Positions 11,903-23,625 of a stretch of 64,000 nt of DNA are shown here, one piece after another (the stretch's first letter is position 1; each line of letters begins with the position of its first letter). The notes below the pieces were generated by a model. It was not told the DNA's origin and made no database searches. It worked only from the letters and a program-made list of their open reading frames with translations. The position numbers were made by a program, and so were the translations under genes. The DNA is from Octopus sinensis (lineage: Eukaryota): positions 173,972,001 through 174,036,000 of the forward strand of contig NC_042998.1 in NCBI RefSeq assembly GCF_006345805.1, in the 5' to 3' direction.

Positions 11903-12059
11903 TCCCCTCTTTCTCTTTTCTCGGTCTCTCTCTCCCTCTCACTCTCTCTCTGTCATTGTTCACACGTGACCATCGTCCATCTTTTTTTCTTCACATGACC
12001 ATCTTTCGTTTCCGGCACGGACGTTCAAAGAACGGACATGTTTCACTATCTCTCACACA

Positions 12060-12120
<61 letters not shown>

Positions 12121-12493
12121 ATCTTTCCTCTTTTCCCAAAATATTTCTTCTAGTGTCCACTATTTTCCTCTCGTTCTGATCTAACGACCCACCATGTTTG
12201 TTTTCGTTCGGTTTCATTGTATGTCCTCACTATCATGTTTTTGCTCCCAACCTTGACCCTCCATAAATCCTAAATATTATTTTAGAATTCATAGGAGCAA
12301 CAGTCTTCGAAGACTCATATTGTCGTTGAAAGTTCGAAATGAAAAGTAGATAGACAGCCGACAACTGATGAAGGGTCCTTCCTCTGTGTTTAGTTGTCCT
12401 GCTTTTTATATTCTCTCGTTGATTACGTATTTAACTCTTTTATTTGAGTATTTCATTTTATTTGCACCGTTGGTGACGCCCTGTACCTATATA

Positions 12494-12495
<2 letters not shown>
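11903..12495 (+). repeat. Repeat family X copy 1 (non-coding, ends CCTGTACCTATATATGCAT before (AT)n)
   Basis: Aligns along its length with 13760-14265; contains CAACTGATGAAGGGTCC at about 12362. Confidence 0.8.
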
Positions 12496-12529
<34 letters not shown>

Positions 12530-12544
12530 CATACATACATTCAT

Positions 12545-12606
<62 letters not shown>

Positions 12607-12632
12607 ATATATATATATATATATATATAATT

Positions 12633-13575
12633 AGTGAATGGAAGAAATGGAGTTGAACGAAGATTGTACAGAATTCTTTTATTACATTCTACACATGTTT
12701 CAAAGGACACAATTTTCCAAATTCTAATTAAATAAGGATACCATATTGCAGCTTTCTCTTCAGGAAAAAGCAGGAATTACGTTGACAGAACAAAACAAAA
12801 CAGAGGCGCAGCAAAGCAATTCGAACGAGGACGCTCCTTAAGAGCCCATGGTTAAACTGTTTATCAATGTACGTTGAAATCGGGGTTTGGTGGGGGCCGA
12901 CAAAAGGTCCGTTGGAATAATTACAGGTCAGGCCGCGGTCAAATCTGGTAGGTGAGGAATTAATGAGAACAAGGGGTGTGGAGATGTTCTGTGTGACCAA
13001 AACTAATGTTCTGAATATTTTAAGAATACAGGGTGTATTTTAGGGGCGAGACAAAACCTACCTAAAAGCATGTATGTGTATACTAGCCTATGTGTGCGCG
13101 GCCGTATGTTGGCGAGGGGTGCTAGATAATGAGCACTGCTGAAAAAACCTGTCAGGCGGCTGAAAAAAGTCTGTGTTCGTGTGTTAGTCTAGGCCTGCTT
13201 GTCTAAAAATTAACATCGTCAAAGAATCATAAGGGTATATATAATTCCAGCGTTTGCTTCCAAAAAAAAAAAACGACCAATCGCCTAATGGGAGTAATTT
13301 CCCCTTGCAAGAGTTATTCATAGATTTTTAAAAAAGTTTTTTCAAAAATTATTTCCAAAAATTATTTTAATTTTAATAGGGTAACAAGGTGTTAATTGTC
13401 TTAAGTGTCATTTATATGTAAGATAAGTATGACGCCGCCAATGGGGACATCGAAAAGCCGTCTGTAAAAGCCCGTTTACCAAACGGCCTCTGGCGAACAA
13501 TATGTGGAAAAGCTCAGAGTTACAAAGATTACACCTCCTTCTGCCCCTATCAGATTACACATCCTTCTGCCCCTA
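12633..13575 (-). mobile_element. Non-coding Penelope-like element remnant ending in a decayed HHR/pLTR of the same family as 6249-6601
   Basis: Minus strand: CTGAAGA (12763-12757), stem II GAAAG.TGCAAT/ATTGTG..CTTT, GAAA-CATGTG-TA (12702-12691); 3' flank TTCAACTCCATTT matches the 6.3-kb arms; (AT)n on both sides. Confidence 0.65.
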
Positions 13576-13759
13576 TATATATATATATATATTATTATAT
13601 TATATTATATATTATTTATTATTTAATACAACGCGACATAACCATTTCCATGCAAGTTTATCTTAACCTTTTTGATGCAACTCTCCACTCTATGCTGTTT
13701 CCTTCCTACATCCATCTCTAATTCGATTTTTCTCCGCCTCCCTCCTTCACCGCTTTCTA

Positions 13760-14265
13760 TCTCTATCTCCCTCCCTATTTCTCTTGTTTTCTTTTTCTCT
13801 CTCTTGTTGCTCACACGTGACCATCGTCCATCTTTCTTTTCTTGCACGACGTTCAAAAGAACAGACGTGTTTTTATCTCCCTCTCTCTTCTATCTTTTCT
13901 CTTTCCAAAACATATTTCTCCCAGCGTTTATTATTTTCATCTTGTTCTGATCTAACAACCTTCCTTGTTTACTTTCGTTCGGTTTCCTTCTATGTATCCA
14001 CTGTCATGTTCTTGTTCCCAAACTTGACTCTTCATAAATCCTAAATTGTATTATAGAATTTATGGGAGCAACTGTCTTTGAAGACTCATATTGTCGTTGA
14101 ATGCTGGAAATGAGGAGTAGATTGACAGCCGACAACTGTTGAAAGGTCCTTTCTCTGTGTTTACTTGTCTGCTATTCATTTTTTTCTCGTTGTTTAAGTA
14201 TTTAACTCGTTCGCTTACGTATTTCATGTTATGTGCCCCGTTGTCGACGTCCTGTACCCATATAT
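13760..14265 (+). repeat. Repeat family X copy 2
   Basis: CACACGTGACCATCGTCCATC..GAAGACTCATATTGTCGTTGAA..GACAGCCGACAACTGTTGAAAGGTCC..GTCCTGTACCCATATATGCAT. Confidence 0.8.
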
Positions 14266-14284
14266 GCATACACACACACACACT

Positions 14285-14385
<101 letters not shown>

Positions 14386-14394
14386 ATATCGCCA

Positions 14395-14600
14395 TGTTGA
14401 TTCGCTAGCCTCTGCACGCATTTTTTTCTCTCCTTGTTTCTCTCCGTGTTTCTTTTCTGTGTATCTCTCTGTTGAAGAGCGTAGACTCGAAACATAAAAG
14501 ACTTGTTTTATTTATATTCCTGGGCGCCATACTAATACAATTGTTTGTTTGTATTCCACCTGCCTTCGTCTTTTGTTTATTTTCATAAAGCTTCCCGTTA
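14395..14600 (+). mobile_element. pLTR-like repeat family Y with variant HHR motif
   Basis: CTGTTGA-A-GAGC-GTAG-ACTC-GAAA-CA-TA-AAAG at 14469-14500; downstream ATTCCTGGGCGCCATACTAATAC matches the 44380-44512 minus-strand copy; AT tracts on both sides. Confidence 0.6.
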
Positions 14601-14650
14601 TATATATATATATAATTCAGTTAGAGGTTATGTTAACCTCGTATATATAT

Positions 14651-14909
14651 GAAATTAATGAAGATTAGGAGAACGAAAATTTACACATACATATTTTATT
14701 ATGCAATTTTTATCATGTTTTATTATACAATTATTTACATCGTCCTTCGCTTGGACCTACGCAAGATTAGGCTGCAACCGTTGTCTGTCTTGATGTTAAT
14801 TGTTGGTTGCAGACGAAATGTGCTTACGTCTCAGCGAAGAAGGATGTAAGTAGCTGTATTAAAAAATATGGATGGGTAAATCTCTGTTCTCATGATCTTC
14901 ATTAATTTC
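14651..14909. repeat. Old imperfect fold-back (arms about 110 bp)
   Basis: GAAATTAATGAAGAT.A.GAGAAC / GTTCTCATGATCTTCATTAATTTC; inner TACATC.TCCTTCGCT / AGCGAAGAAGGATGTA and CTGCAACC / GGTTGCAG. Confidence 0.75.
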
Positions 14910-15165
14910 ATTATTTTATCTACAAAAGCTATGCAGTCCCTAAAATGACTGTTGGATTTACACAGTGAGGATAATAACCGAGTCTAGTAAATTATCATTA
15001 ACATTCGCTGTGGCTAACCGGCATCGAGAACCGATCTAAGGTAACCGTCAGGAATATATATCAGTTGAAACAATTTTTGGAAAGATTACTTTGGACATAT
15101 ATATATGTATGTATATATATATATATATACATACACACACATATATATCTATCTATCTATCTATT

Positions 15166-15214
<49 letters not shown>

Positions 15215-15309
15215 GTATATATACATATATATATATACGTATATATACATATATATATATATATATGTATGTATATGTATATATACACATGCATACATAC
15301 ATACATACA

Positions 15310-15340
<31 letters not shown>

Positions 15341-15419
15341 TTCTATTTATATATTATTTATATTATTATATGATCAAGTGACCCGCATCCATTTCCAAGT
15401 AAGTTTTGTCTTATTAATT

Positions 15420-16035
15420 ACGATGCGCACTCTTATTCTATCTCTATTCTTTCTATCTATCTCCCTCTCCTGTTCTTCCTCACTGTTTTACTCTCCCACA
15501 CTTTCGCTATTCTTCTCCTTCCCATTCGCTGTTCCCTCACTCTCTCTCTGTCTCTCACTCTTCCTCTTTGACTCTCTCGTTTGTCACACGTGACCAACGG
15601 CCATCCATCTTTTTTTCTTCCACTTCCTTCCTAAAGACAACACATGCTCCACCTGCCTCTTGCCAAAGCTCGTTTTTCCACCGTTCCCCACTTCAAATCG
15701 TCTAGACTTAACAGCCCTCACCGTTTGTTTTTACTGTTTTGTTCTCTGTCCTGTTTTTGTTGCTACTTTCACCCTCCGCAAAAAGCCCAAATTTTATTTA
15801 ATTTGCTTCGCGGGAAGGACTGTTATAACGAAGTCGCGACCTGTCCCTACCTATGAAAGGTGGACTAGATAAAACACGGGATAAAGGGAATGTTCTTTAT
15901 GCCGCCTGTCTCGTTTCTCTGTGTTTTCTTTGTTTCTTTCGCTGTTTGAAAAAAGTTCGTTTTGTATGTGTTTGTTTTTATGTTCTCGTTTCTCATTTCG
16001 TCTTCGTTTTTTGGATGTCCTGTACCCATATATGC
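15420..16035 (+). repeat. Element sharing termini with family X but with a different interior
   Basis: Contains TCACACGTGACCA..CCATCTTTTTTTCTT near 15585 and ends GTCCTGTACCCATATATGCAT at about 16017-16037. Confidence 0.55.
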
Positions 16036-16150
16036 ATGCATATACACATATATATGTATAGGTATATATACATATATACATATATATAGGCATGTAGGTA
16101 TGTTCATATATGTATGTATATATGCATATATTTATATATCATATATATAT

Positions 16151-16203
<53 letters not shown>

Positions 16204-16328
16204 AGAGAACAAAGGGACAAACACAGACACACAAACATACACACAAACACATATATATATATATATTTCGTTTTGTATTTGGTTTGCATGATTCCTTATG
16301 TGAATTCGTGTGTTGAAGAATATGTTAG

Positions 16329-16510
16329 TGTGACTGGCAAGAGACATTCTCTTTTAGTGTCTCATTAATATAAAATACTCATCGGTCTGATTATCACTCA
16401 TCTACTTATCTTTTTATGTATTTATTTAAATTAGTAAATGAGTAGATATCAGACCGGTGAGTGTGTTAAATTAATAAGGCACTAAAAGAGAATGGCTCTC
16501 TCCAGACACA
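16329..16510. repeat. Imperfect fold-back (arms about 80 bp), possibly a decayed inverted pLTR pair
   Basis: CATTCTCTTTTAGTG..ATTAAT..ACTCA.CGGTCTGAT..CTCAT.TACT is mirrored by AGTAAATGAGTAGATATCAGACCGGTGAGT..ATTAAT..CACTAAAAGAGAATG. Confidence 0.8.
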
Positions 16511-16525
16511 ATATATATACATATA

Positions 16526-16612
<87 letters not shown>

Positions 16613-16722
16613 TATATATATGTATATATATATATATATAACACATACATACTTATATATTTATATACATATAAAGATATATATTTCTGTAAATTTCAAG
16701 AATTCATTTATGTATACATACA

Positions 16723-16755
<33 letters not shown>

Positions 16756-17482
16756 GACAAGTTTCCATACAGTTTCTGTCTATGAAATTCAGTCACAAAG
16801 CATTGGGTGGATCCGAGGCCATAGCAGAAGACACCTACCTTACGTGCTACAGAATAGGACTGAATCCGTAACCTTATAGCTGCAAAGCGATATTCTTTAC
16901 TACCAACTTGTCGACATGAACTCAGTCTTATAGAAGGTCGGCATCTTTCAAATCTGATTAAATACTGTGGCTGTTACAAGAAAACCAAGCGTTGAAGGTT
17001 TAACTTTTGCTATATTCTTCACATTTTGCTGCAGTGAAATTCCAGAATATATAGATAATGTAAAAGTTTAAGTTGTAGATCGTTCAATAAATTATGTAAA
17101 TGTGTAATACAGTGCGTTATAGAATGTGTAATGTTCAAAGGGTTCCCACTCGATATGTCTAATTACAATATTACAAATGAAGGATTTTGTTAATGAAAAG
17201 AACGCGTGTGTGCGAAAGTTTATGGATGGGAGAACGGCGATACAGTATGTGAAAGCAACCCTCCAAATGATTTAAGAAGTTTGCTTCGCAATCTATCAGT
17301 GCAAGATTCAGTCGCACTGCGATAATTTTGAGGCGTATTTCTCTTTATATATTTATATATATATTGTTGTATTTAGGAATGGTCATTTTGCCAGTTTAGC
17401 CAATGAAAACACACGCACTATACATTTGGTGTTACTTTGCTTCAGCGTTATTCACTTTTTACGTTAATCTTAATCTTATTTC

Positions 17483-17527
17483 GGCCATAGATCTTTCGTC
17501 ACACTCCTGTGACCTCATCAGTGGTCC
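17483..17527 (-). ncRNA. Type I minimal hammerhead ribozyme
   Basis: Minus strand GGACCA-CTGATGA-G-GTCACA-GGAG-TGTGAC-GAAA-GATC-TA-TGGCC: canonical core, 6-bp stem II, palindromic AGATCT stem III, UA cleavage site, stem I CCA/TGG plus GG/CC. Confidence 0.88.
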
Positions 17528-17713
17528 TTTGCTTTCTTCTTTCTTATTTGTGTGTCTCTCCTCACACACATACATACACACACACTAACTAAACATAGAA
17601 ACACATAGAAGTATACGCATGTGTAAATGAAGACACATACAATAGGAATAGGTAATACAAAATGGCTGACCGTTAGTAAGGAGAGACACACAAATAAAAA
17701 AGAAGAAAGCAAA

Positions 17714-17758
17714 GAACCACTGATGAGGTCACAGGAATGTGACGAAAGAACTCTGGCC
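17714..17758 (+). ncRNA. Type I minimal hammerhead ribozyme (stem III palindrome mutated)
   Basis: GAACCA-CTGATGA(17720-17726)-G-GTCACA-GGAA-TGTGAC-GAAA(17744-17747)-GAAC-TC-TGGCC. Confidence 0.8.
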
Positions 17759-18153
17759 GAAATAAGATTAAGATTAATGTTAGAAATTAATTACGCTGAA
17801 GCAAAGTAACACCAAATATATAGTGCGTGTGTTTTTATTGGCTAAACTGGCAAAATGACCATTCCTAAATACAACAATATATGTTTCAACACACGATTTT
17901 ATATATATATATATATGTTGATAGAAATGGTAAGACAACAAAAGAATGAAAGAGACCTCGATATTATGAAGAGATGGTGGCGTGGATTTCCACTCCGATA
18001 TCCGAAACTCATGGCAACCGAATAATTGTCACATATTATATTTACACACACATACACACACACACACCACACACACACACACCACACACACACACTCACA
18101 CACACACACACACACACCACACACACACACATATATATGTATATATATATATA

Positions 18154-18233
<80 letters not shown>

Positions 18234-18756
18234 TTATTTATATATATATTTCTAAGGTTCGAGATAAAACTCCACTCGGTGATTTGCAATAAAAGTATAA
18301 AAAGAAGAAAAATCCACAGGAATTTTATGTTGGAAATGAAATATTTGCATAGTCGATCCGTTTCGCTTATGCTAATCATGACTGAGTATTATAATAAGCT
18401 TGCATTGCATCTTCGTAGGAGAACCGATATTTTGTAAATGAATCGGAAAGTAAATAAATTTTAGTAGAGGTAATCTGTGATTGAAATTATAAACAGAGGA
18501 GGTAATTACGCTTTTGTTTGGAAAATAAATTAGTTATATGTAGATCAAAACAGATATATATTGATAACTAAAATATTTACAAAGTCACAAATCGATTATA
18601 AGTTCACATAAAGCCGCGGTTGATATTTTTCAACTGAACCAAAACACGCCACATATAAATACAAATTTATCATCTTCGGAATGAGTTAAGTATATTCTAA
18701 ACGTAGATAAAAATATAAGGCCTTTTGTAAATTTTGAATTGCTCAGTAAAGGGAAA

Positions 18757-18960
18757 GTGGGCGCGCATGGCTTAAGCGTTGGATTCATGGTCGTAAGATT
18801 GTGATTTCGATTTCTAGACCAGCCGAAGCGTTGTGTTCTTGAGCAAAACACTTCATTTTCCGTTACCCCAGTTCACTCAGCTGATAAAAATGAGTAATCT
18901 TGCGACGGACCGGCTTCCTGTCCATAGAGGAATATACAAGCCCTGTGTTCCTTCCGGAGT
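18757..18960 (+). mobile_element. tRNA-derived SINE family C (CORE-like), degenerate
   Basis: A-box GCATGGCTTAAGCG, B-box GATTTCGATTTC, TTGTGTTCTTGAGCAAAACACTTCATTT, CAGTTCACTCAGCTGATAAAAATGAGTA. Confidence 0.7.
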
Positions 18961-20407
18961 AATGTGGACAAACTTGCAACGAAAGAAATTTGTCGAACAC
19001 CGTCCTTCTCAAACAGGATTCAAACACGGCGCTACAAATTTATCAAGCCTTTACTAATAATATGTTCTCAACTTTCAAAATAGTAAGCCGTTTCAGCTTT
19101 AGTCGAGTGGAATTGCAAAGCGTTAAGTCTGTTTTAGAGATACTAACCTGTGTGATACTAATAGCATATTACACAGCAGGCTTCTTTATTTGATGATAAC
19201 GAGATGACTTCAGTTTGATTTGAACTCAATAAATTTAGATTACGAACAACAACAGTTAGAGTATAAAGCCCGGCATCTCTTAAATGATTCATCTCAATTC
19301 CTATAAAGAAACAATTAGATTATAGTTATTCTCACTGGAAAAAATAATCACCATTTTAAGTAGCAAATAAAAGAAACGCCATTTAAACTATAATTAAATT
19401 TTAAAATTTCTTTGTAAGAATCTTTCCTTTGTAACACGGAAAAAGTTCTATTAATAGTTGTAAAACAATTAAATTGTAATGCTTCCTGTTCTTTTTTCTT
19501 TTCTTTTCTTTTTTACTATTATACTGGTACGCATCCTGGCTTTATACTTTTATTTATCAAGATAAAAATAACGTGTTAGAATTCATTTTTGAATCGTGTA
19601 TGCTAATGTTAAGCTGTGACACTCTTGCCTTTCCAAAATGTGAATTAAGTGGTTTTCAAAACGCATATCGATAGTGGTTTGTATTAATATTTCCAGCTGG
19701 TTCATAGTATTTTCGTCCTTTTACTTAAATAGCTTATATCTTAAATCGACTCCGAGGAAATATTTCCACAGTAAGTAGTAGAATGGTAGTACGAAGGAGA
19801 ACTATGGGTGTATTTAAGATAAAGGATATCCACGATAATAGTTCTATTGAATATTTATATGTTAAAATGGGGTCCATTTTTTTTGGCTGATGAATATTCC
19901 AAATGACAGTCGATTGGTAGATTTCACTTCAACTCATAAATAGTTTATTTCTGGCTGTTCCCTGTGAACTACGTTACTGTCATCTTATCAATATTACAGT
20001 GCTCTTGGTGAGCCAACAAGCGAGCCTCTATTCAAACTGAAGGAAAAATCAGCCAAATTTCTCATAAATCAAACGTTATTCTCTTTTAAAAAAAAATACG
20101 TAATACTGCATTGGGTAGATTAGATGGGATATTCATGGCGACAACGTTTTCAGTCATAAGTTTGCTCTGCCAGCCTCCACCTGAACATAAACAACTACAA
20201 CTGTCTAACGAAAGAACCGCTACGAAATTATTCGACGTGCGAGAAATAAGCCTCAAATATACATCAAATCACACCCAGCTTCAAGAAGATACACCGTTAT
20301 GCCTATGAAAACAGACATTGCAATCACATTTGATCATAAGCCTGCCAGATTAAATCTCGCTCGGGTACTATAAGCTACTGCTGCTATTATTGCTGCCACT
20401 GCTGCTG

Positions 20408-20441
<34 letters not shown>

Positions 20442-20504
20442 AACTACTACTACTTCTGCTACTGCTGCTGCTTCTACTTTATCTTATTATTGTTAATAGA
20501 CCAC

Positions 20505-22310
20505 GGGACAATCGAATCTGATAGTTTGTTTCGTTCTGAGAATTGAGCAGATTGTAATTTCAAAGGATCTTAAAGAAAAATAAGCTCAAAGTAAGTCTTC
20601 CTCGATAAACTGGGTAAATTTAGTAAATGCCTGCTTTACGTTGGTTGGGTACAGTTGTACACAGACAGTATAAGGCACTATAATAAACACAAACTTAATT
20701 GCCTGTTTGTGTTTAGTACTGTGATTAATTTGCTGTTGTTGCCGCTGTTATTTAGTCCAGGGCCAGACTTATATGAGTGCACCTTGGACAAAAGGCGTTC
20801 CAGTCGTGACCAACCAACATTTTAGGGCTATCAAGGACTACATTATCCCTGGTACTAAAATAATCCTTACGGCCAAGAATCCACATTGGGCTACGAGCAC
20901 AGGACTAATAGAATTCCCATGTAACTATGAAAAGAGATTCTCCACTGAGCGTGGCGCAACAGTGCATTTTCCAGCATATAAAATGTCGGAAAAACAAATC
21001 CAGAACTAGCACCACAGGGCCAGGACATCCATACTGTTGATTTAAAAGAATAATTTGTAGAGGCTCTTGAGACCAGACGCTGTAAGCTCAATTTGCCGCT
21101 TGCAAGTGCAAAAGAATAATGCGAGACATTGTACTAGAAAATAGTCCAGAAACTTAATATGCTCACAGGGAAGGGCAATCTAGAAGACAAGCTAGATATT
21201 GTTTATACAATCTGCATAGATGCCTATGGCGTAAGAAAGTCAAAAATGAAAACACATCTTGTAAAATCCAGACGCCAGTGAGATATGGATAACATCCGGA
21301 GGAAGAAATTAAGATCCAAAGAAACAGCTGAAAGTTTTTCGGAATTTAAGAAACAAGGAGTAGAAAAGCTCTGGAGAAACTGCAGAACGAGGCACAGTGC
21401 TCTCAGTAAAACAGAAGCAGAAAAGAAGCAGAAAGGAAATGATACGAGATTCCCTCTTCAGCGATTCCTTATAATTCGTCAGGAACTATTCGAGCAGCCA
21501 AAATCTTGGACACTTCCAGTAGACAAAGAAGTTATTGGGTAGTATCATAAGAAAACATTCAGACTCACAGAACGAGACGTCACTTCCAATCCAGGATCTT
21601 GTATGGTTTGCTTTGCCAGGATAATTGTGCGATGACAAACTACCAAAAATTGGCGAAGTAAGGAAGAAAGCCAGAACCAAACCATCGCCAGAGCCAAAGG
21701 GAATATCCTACCCGTTGTACAAGAGATGTCCCAGTGTCCTTGAGTGGCTCCACAATATAATATAGCCAGCGTGAGAGAACTTGATGATCAGTGACCAATG
21801 GATGAAGGCCGAAGAAGTATACAGTCCGAAAGAGGAAGTACTCAAGCGACATAAGCCAATTCAGACCAATATCATTTCTAAGCGAAATGGCAGCAAGGCC
21901 AAATAAATATCTCACAGAGAATATGTACTTGGATATGTGAGTCCAGAAGGAAGGCATTTTTGGAGTGTCAGGTTGTAGAACAGGCCTTAATGATTTTGAA
22001 GGCAATGCAAAGAGCAAGCGCAGAAATGAGAGACCTTAATGTGATACGGCTCGATGTCGAGAAAGTCTACACTTCGACCCTTCACCCAACAACATGATTT
22101 AACTAACTCCTGAAATGAATCATCTTCCAAAGACCATCCGTGGTTTCTCAATTCGATTTTACAATAAAGAGTACACCAAAGAGTATGTCTGGATCAGTTT
22201 GTAAGTGGGCTTAATAATGGGATGTGCAATCCTCCCTATACTGTTTGTGTTGGCAATGCAGGTCATCCAGAAAGCAGCAGTAGAATTGTCACCTGGATCT
22301 CATCGAGAAG
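20505..22310 (+). mobile_element. HERO/NeSL-like (RLE-type) non-LTR retrotransposon, decayed, RT-containing
   Basis: Peptides ELFEQPKS.TLPVDKE, DLVWFALPG, LPKIGEVRKKARTKPSPEPKGI.YPLYKRCPSVLEWLHNI, DQWMKAEEVYSPKE, VQKEGI.GVSGC, MQRASAEMRDLNVIRLDV, GLIMGCAILPILFVLAMQVIQKAA. Clade assignment is from memory of family motifs. Confidence 0.8.
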
Positions 22311-22445
22311 GAACAGAAACGACCTCCATACCGTTTCAAGGCGTCCTTTTAGCATTGTAACGCTAGGAGAAGTAACTCTGAGTGACTCATTGTTGTAGTG
22401 TTGATTTTGCACTGCAGTCAATAATATTAAGCGACTACATTTAAA

Positions 22446-22885
22446 GCGGGGAGCTAACGGAATCGTTAGCATACCTGGCAAAGGAATGCTTAGCAGCATT
22501 TCGTCCGTGTTCACGTTCTGAGTTCAAATGCTACAGGGGTTGGCTTTGCTTTTCATCTTTTTGGGGTCGATAAAATAAGTACCAGTTAAGAATTTGAGGG
22601 CCGGGGTCGATGTAATCGTGTTACCATAACCCTTGAAATTGCTGGCCACGTGCTGAAATTTGAAACCAATATTAATAGACTAAGCGAATCACTACGCATT
22701 TGTTTGTATGTGTATGTGTGTGTGTGTGTGGGGGGGTAAAGTCGGTGAGTTCAAATTCTGCCGTGGTCGGCCTTGCCTTTCCTCCTTTCGGGGTCGATAA
22801 AATAAGTACCAGTTAAGTACTGTGGTCGATATAATCGGTTGTCCCCCTTTTTCAAAATTGCAGGCCTTGTGCCTATAGTAGACAG
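22446..22885 (+). mobile_element. Two older SINE A-type copies (22446-22672, 22745-22885)
   Basis: GAGTTCAAAT..TTTGC.TTTC.TC.TTT.GGGGTCGATAAAATAAGTACCAGTTAAG. Confidence 0.8.
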
Positions 22886-23227
22886 AATATTTTGTGTGGT
22901 GTGTGTGTGTATGTGTGAGTGCGTGTGTGCGTTTGTGCGTGCGTGTGTGCATGTACGTGTGTGCATGTACGTGTGTGCACGTCCGTATGCGCACGCGTGC
23001 GCGTGAACGTATGAATTTGTGTGTTTATTCGCTCGGGATGAATGTATGTATTTGTTATTGTTTGCAAACGAACGTAAAAGAAAGCAAAACATTCTGAAAA
23101 ATACATACCTATTAGGAAGTCTTTGAAATTTAGCTCCGTTCATATACATAGAGCTTCGCACTTGGGGCAGTCGTTCAAGCAATTATGAATGCACTAAACC
23201 AGAGAAGAAAATTGATGGTCTTCTTGA

Positions 23228-23625
23228 ATCTAAGCCTATGCATTGTATCTTTTACTTGTTTCAGTAATTGGACTGCGGCCACGCTCAGTGGTTTTAGTCG
23301 GATAAATCGACCCCAGGATTTATTTCTAAGCCAGGCACTTATTTTATCGGTCTTTTGCCGAACTAAGTAACAGGGACTTAAATCAAACAACACTGGTTGT
23401 CAAACTGTGTGGGTGGGACAAATACAGAAACAACGACATGAACACATACGCACGCATATACACGACAGTGTTCCGCACAGTTTCCATCTAACAAATTTAC
23501 GCACACGCCATTGTTCTGTCCGGGGCTATAGTACAAGACACTTGCCAAAATGCCTCGCAGTTTCGAACAACCTCGAAACGACGCGACTCCAAAGGGAAAT
23601 TCTTAACCAAACAGCTATACCTGAG
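23228..23625 (-). mobile_element. Older SINE B-type copy
   Basis: CTTTTACTTGTTTCAGT..GACTGCGGCCA..TTTTGCCGAACTAAGTAAC..GAAGACACTTGCC-like blocks. Confidence 0.75.

Larger units (their letters stand above)
17361..17880. mobile_element. Fold-back of two approximately 202-bp pLTR arms (17361-17562, 17679-17880) with a 116-bp spacer
   Basis: ATATTGTTGTATTTAGGAATGGTCATTTTGCCAGTTTAGCCAAT.. is mirrored by ..ATTGGCTAAACTGGCAAAATGACCATTCCTAAATACAACAATAT; HHR in each arm; unrelated in sequence to the 6.3-kb family. Confidence 0.9.

Noticed and set aside
12300-12385. HHR in family X (CTGATGA at about 12365)
   Set aside because: No downstream stem II or GAAA; the upstream GAAGA..GAAA arrangement pairs poorly.
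13260-13330. SECIS element in a possible PLE 3' UTR (minus strand AUGA..AA..GA)
   Set aside because: The helix between AUGA and GA does not pair.
17915-18045. Further HHR (ATGAAGA..GAAACTCATG)
   Set aside because: Core mutated, no UH site and ambiguous stem II; at most a ghost.
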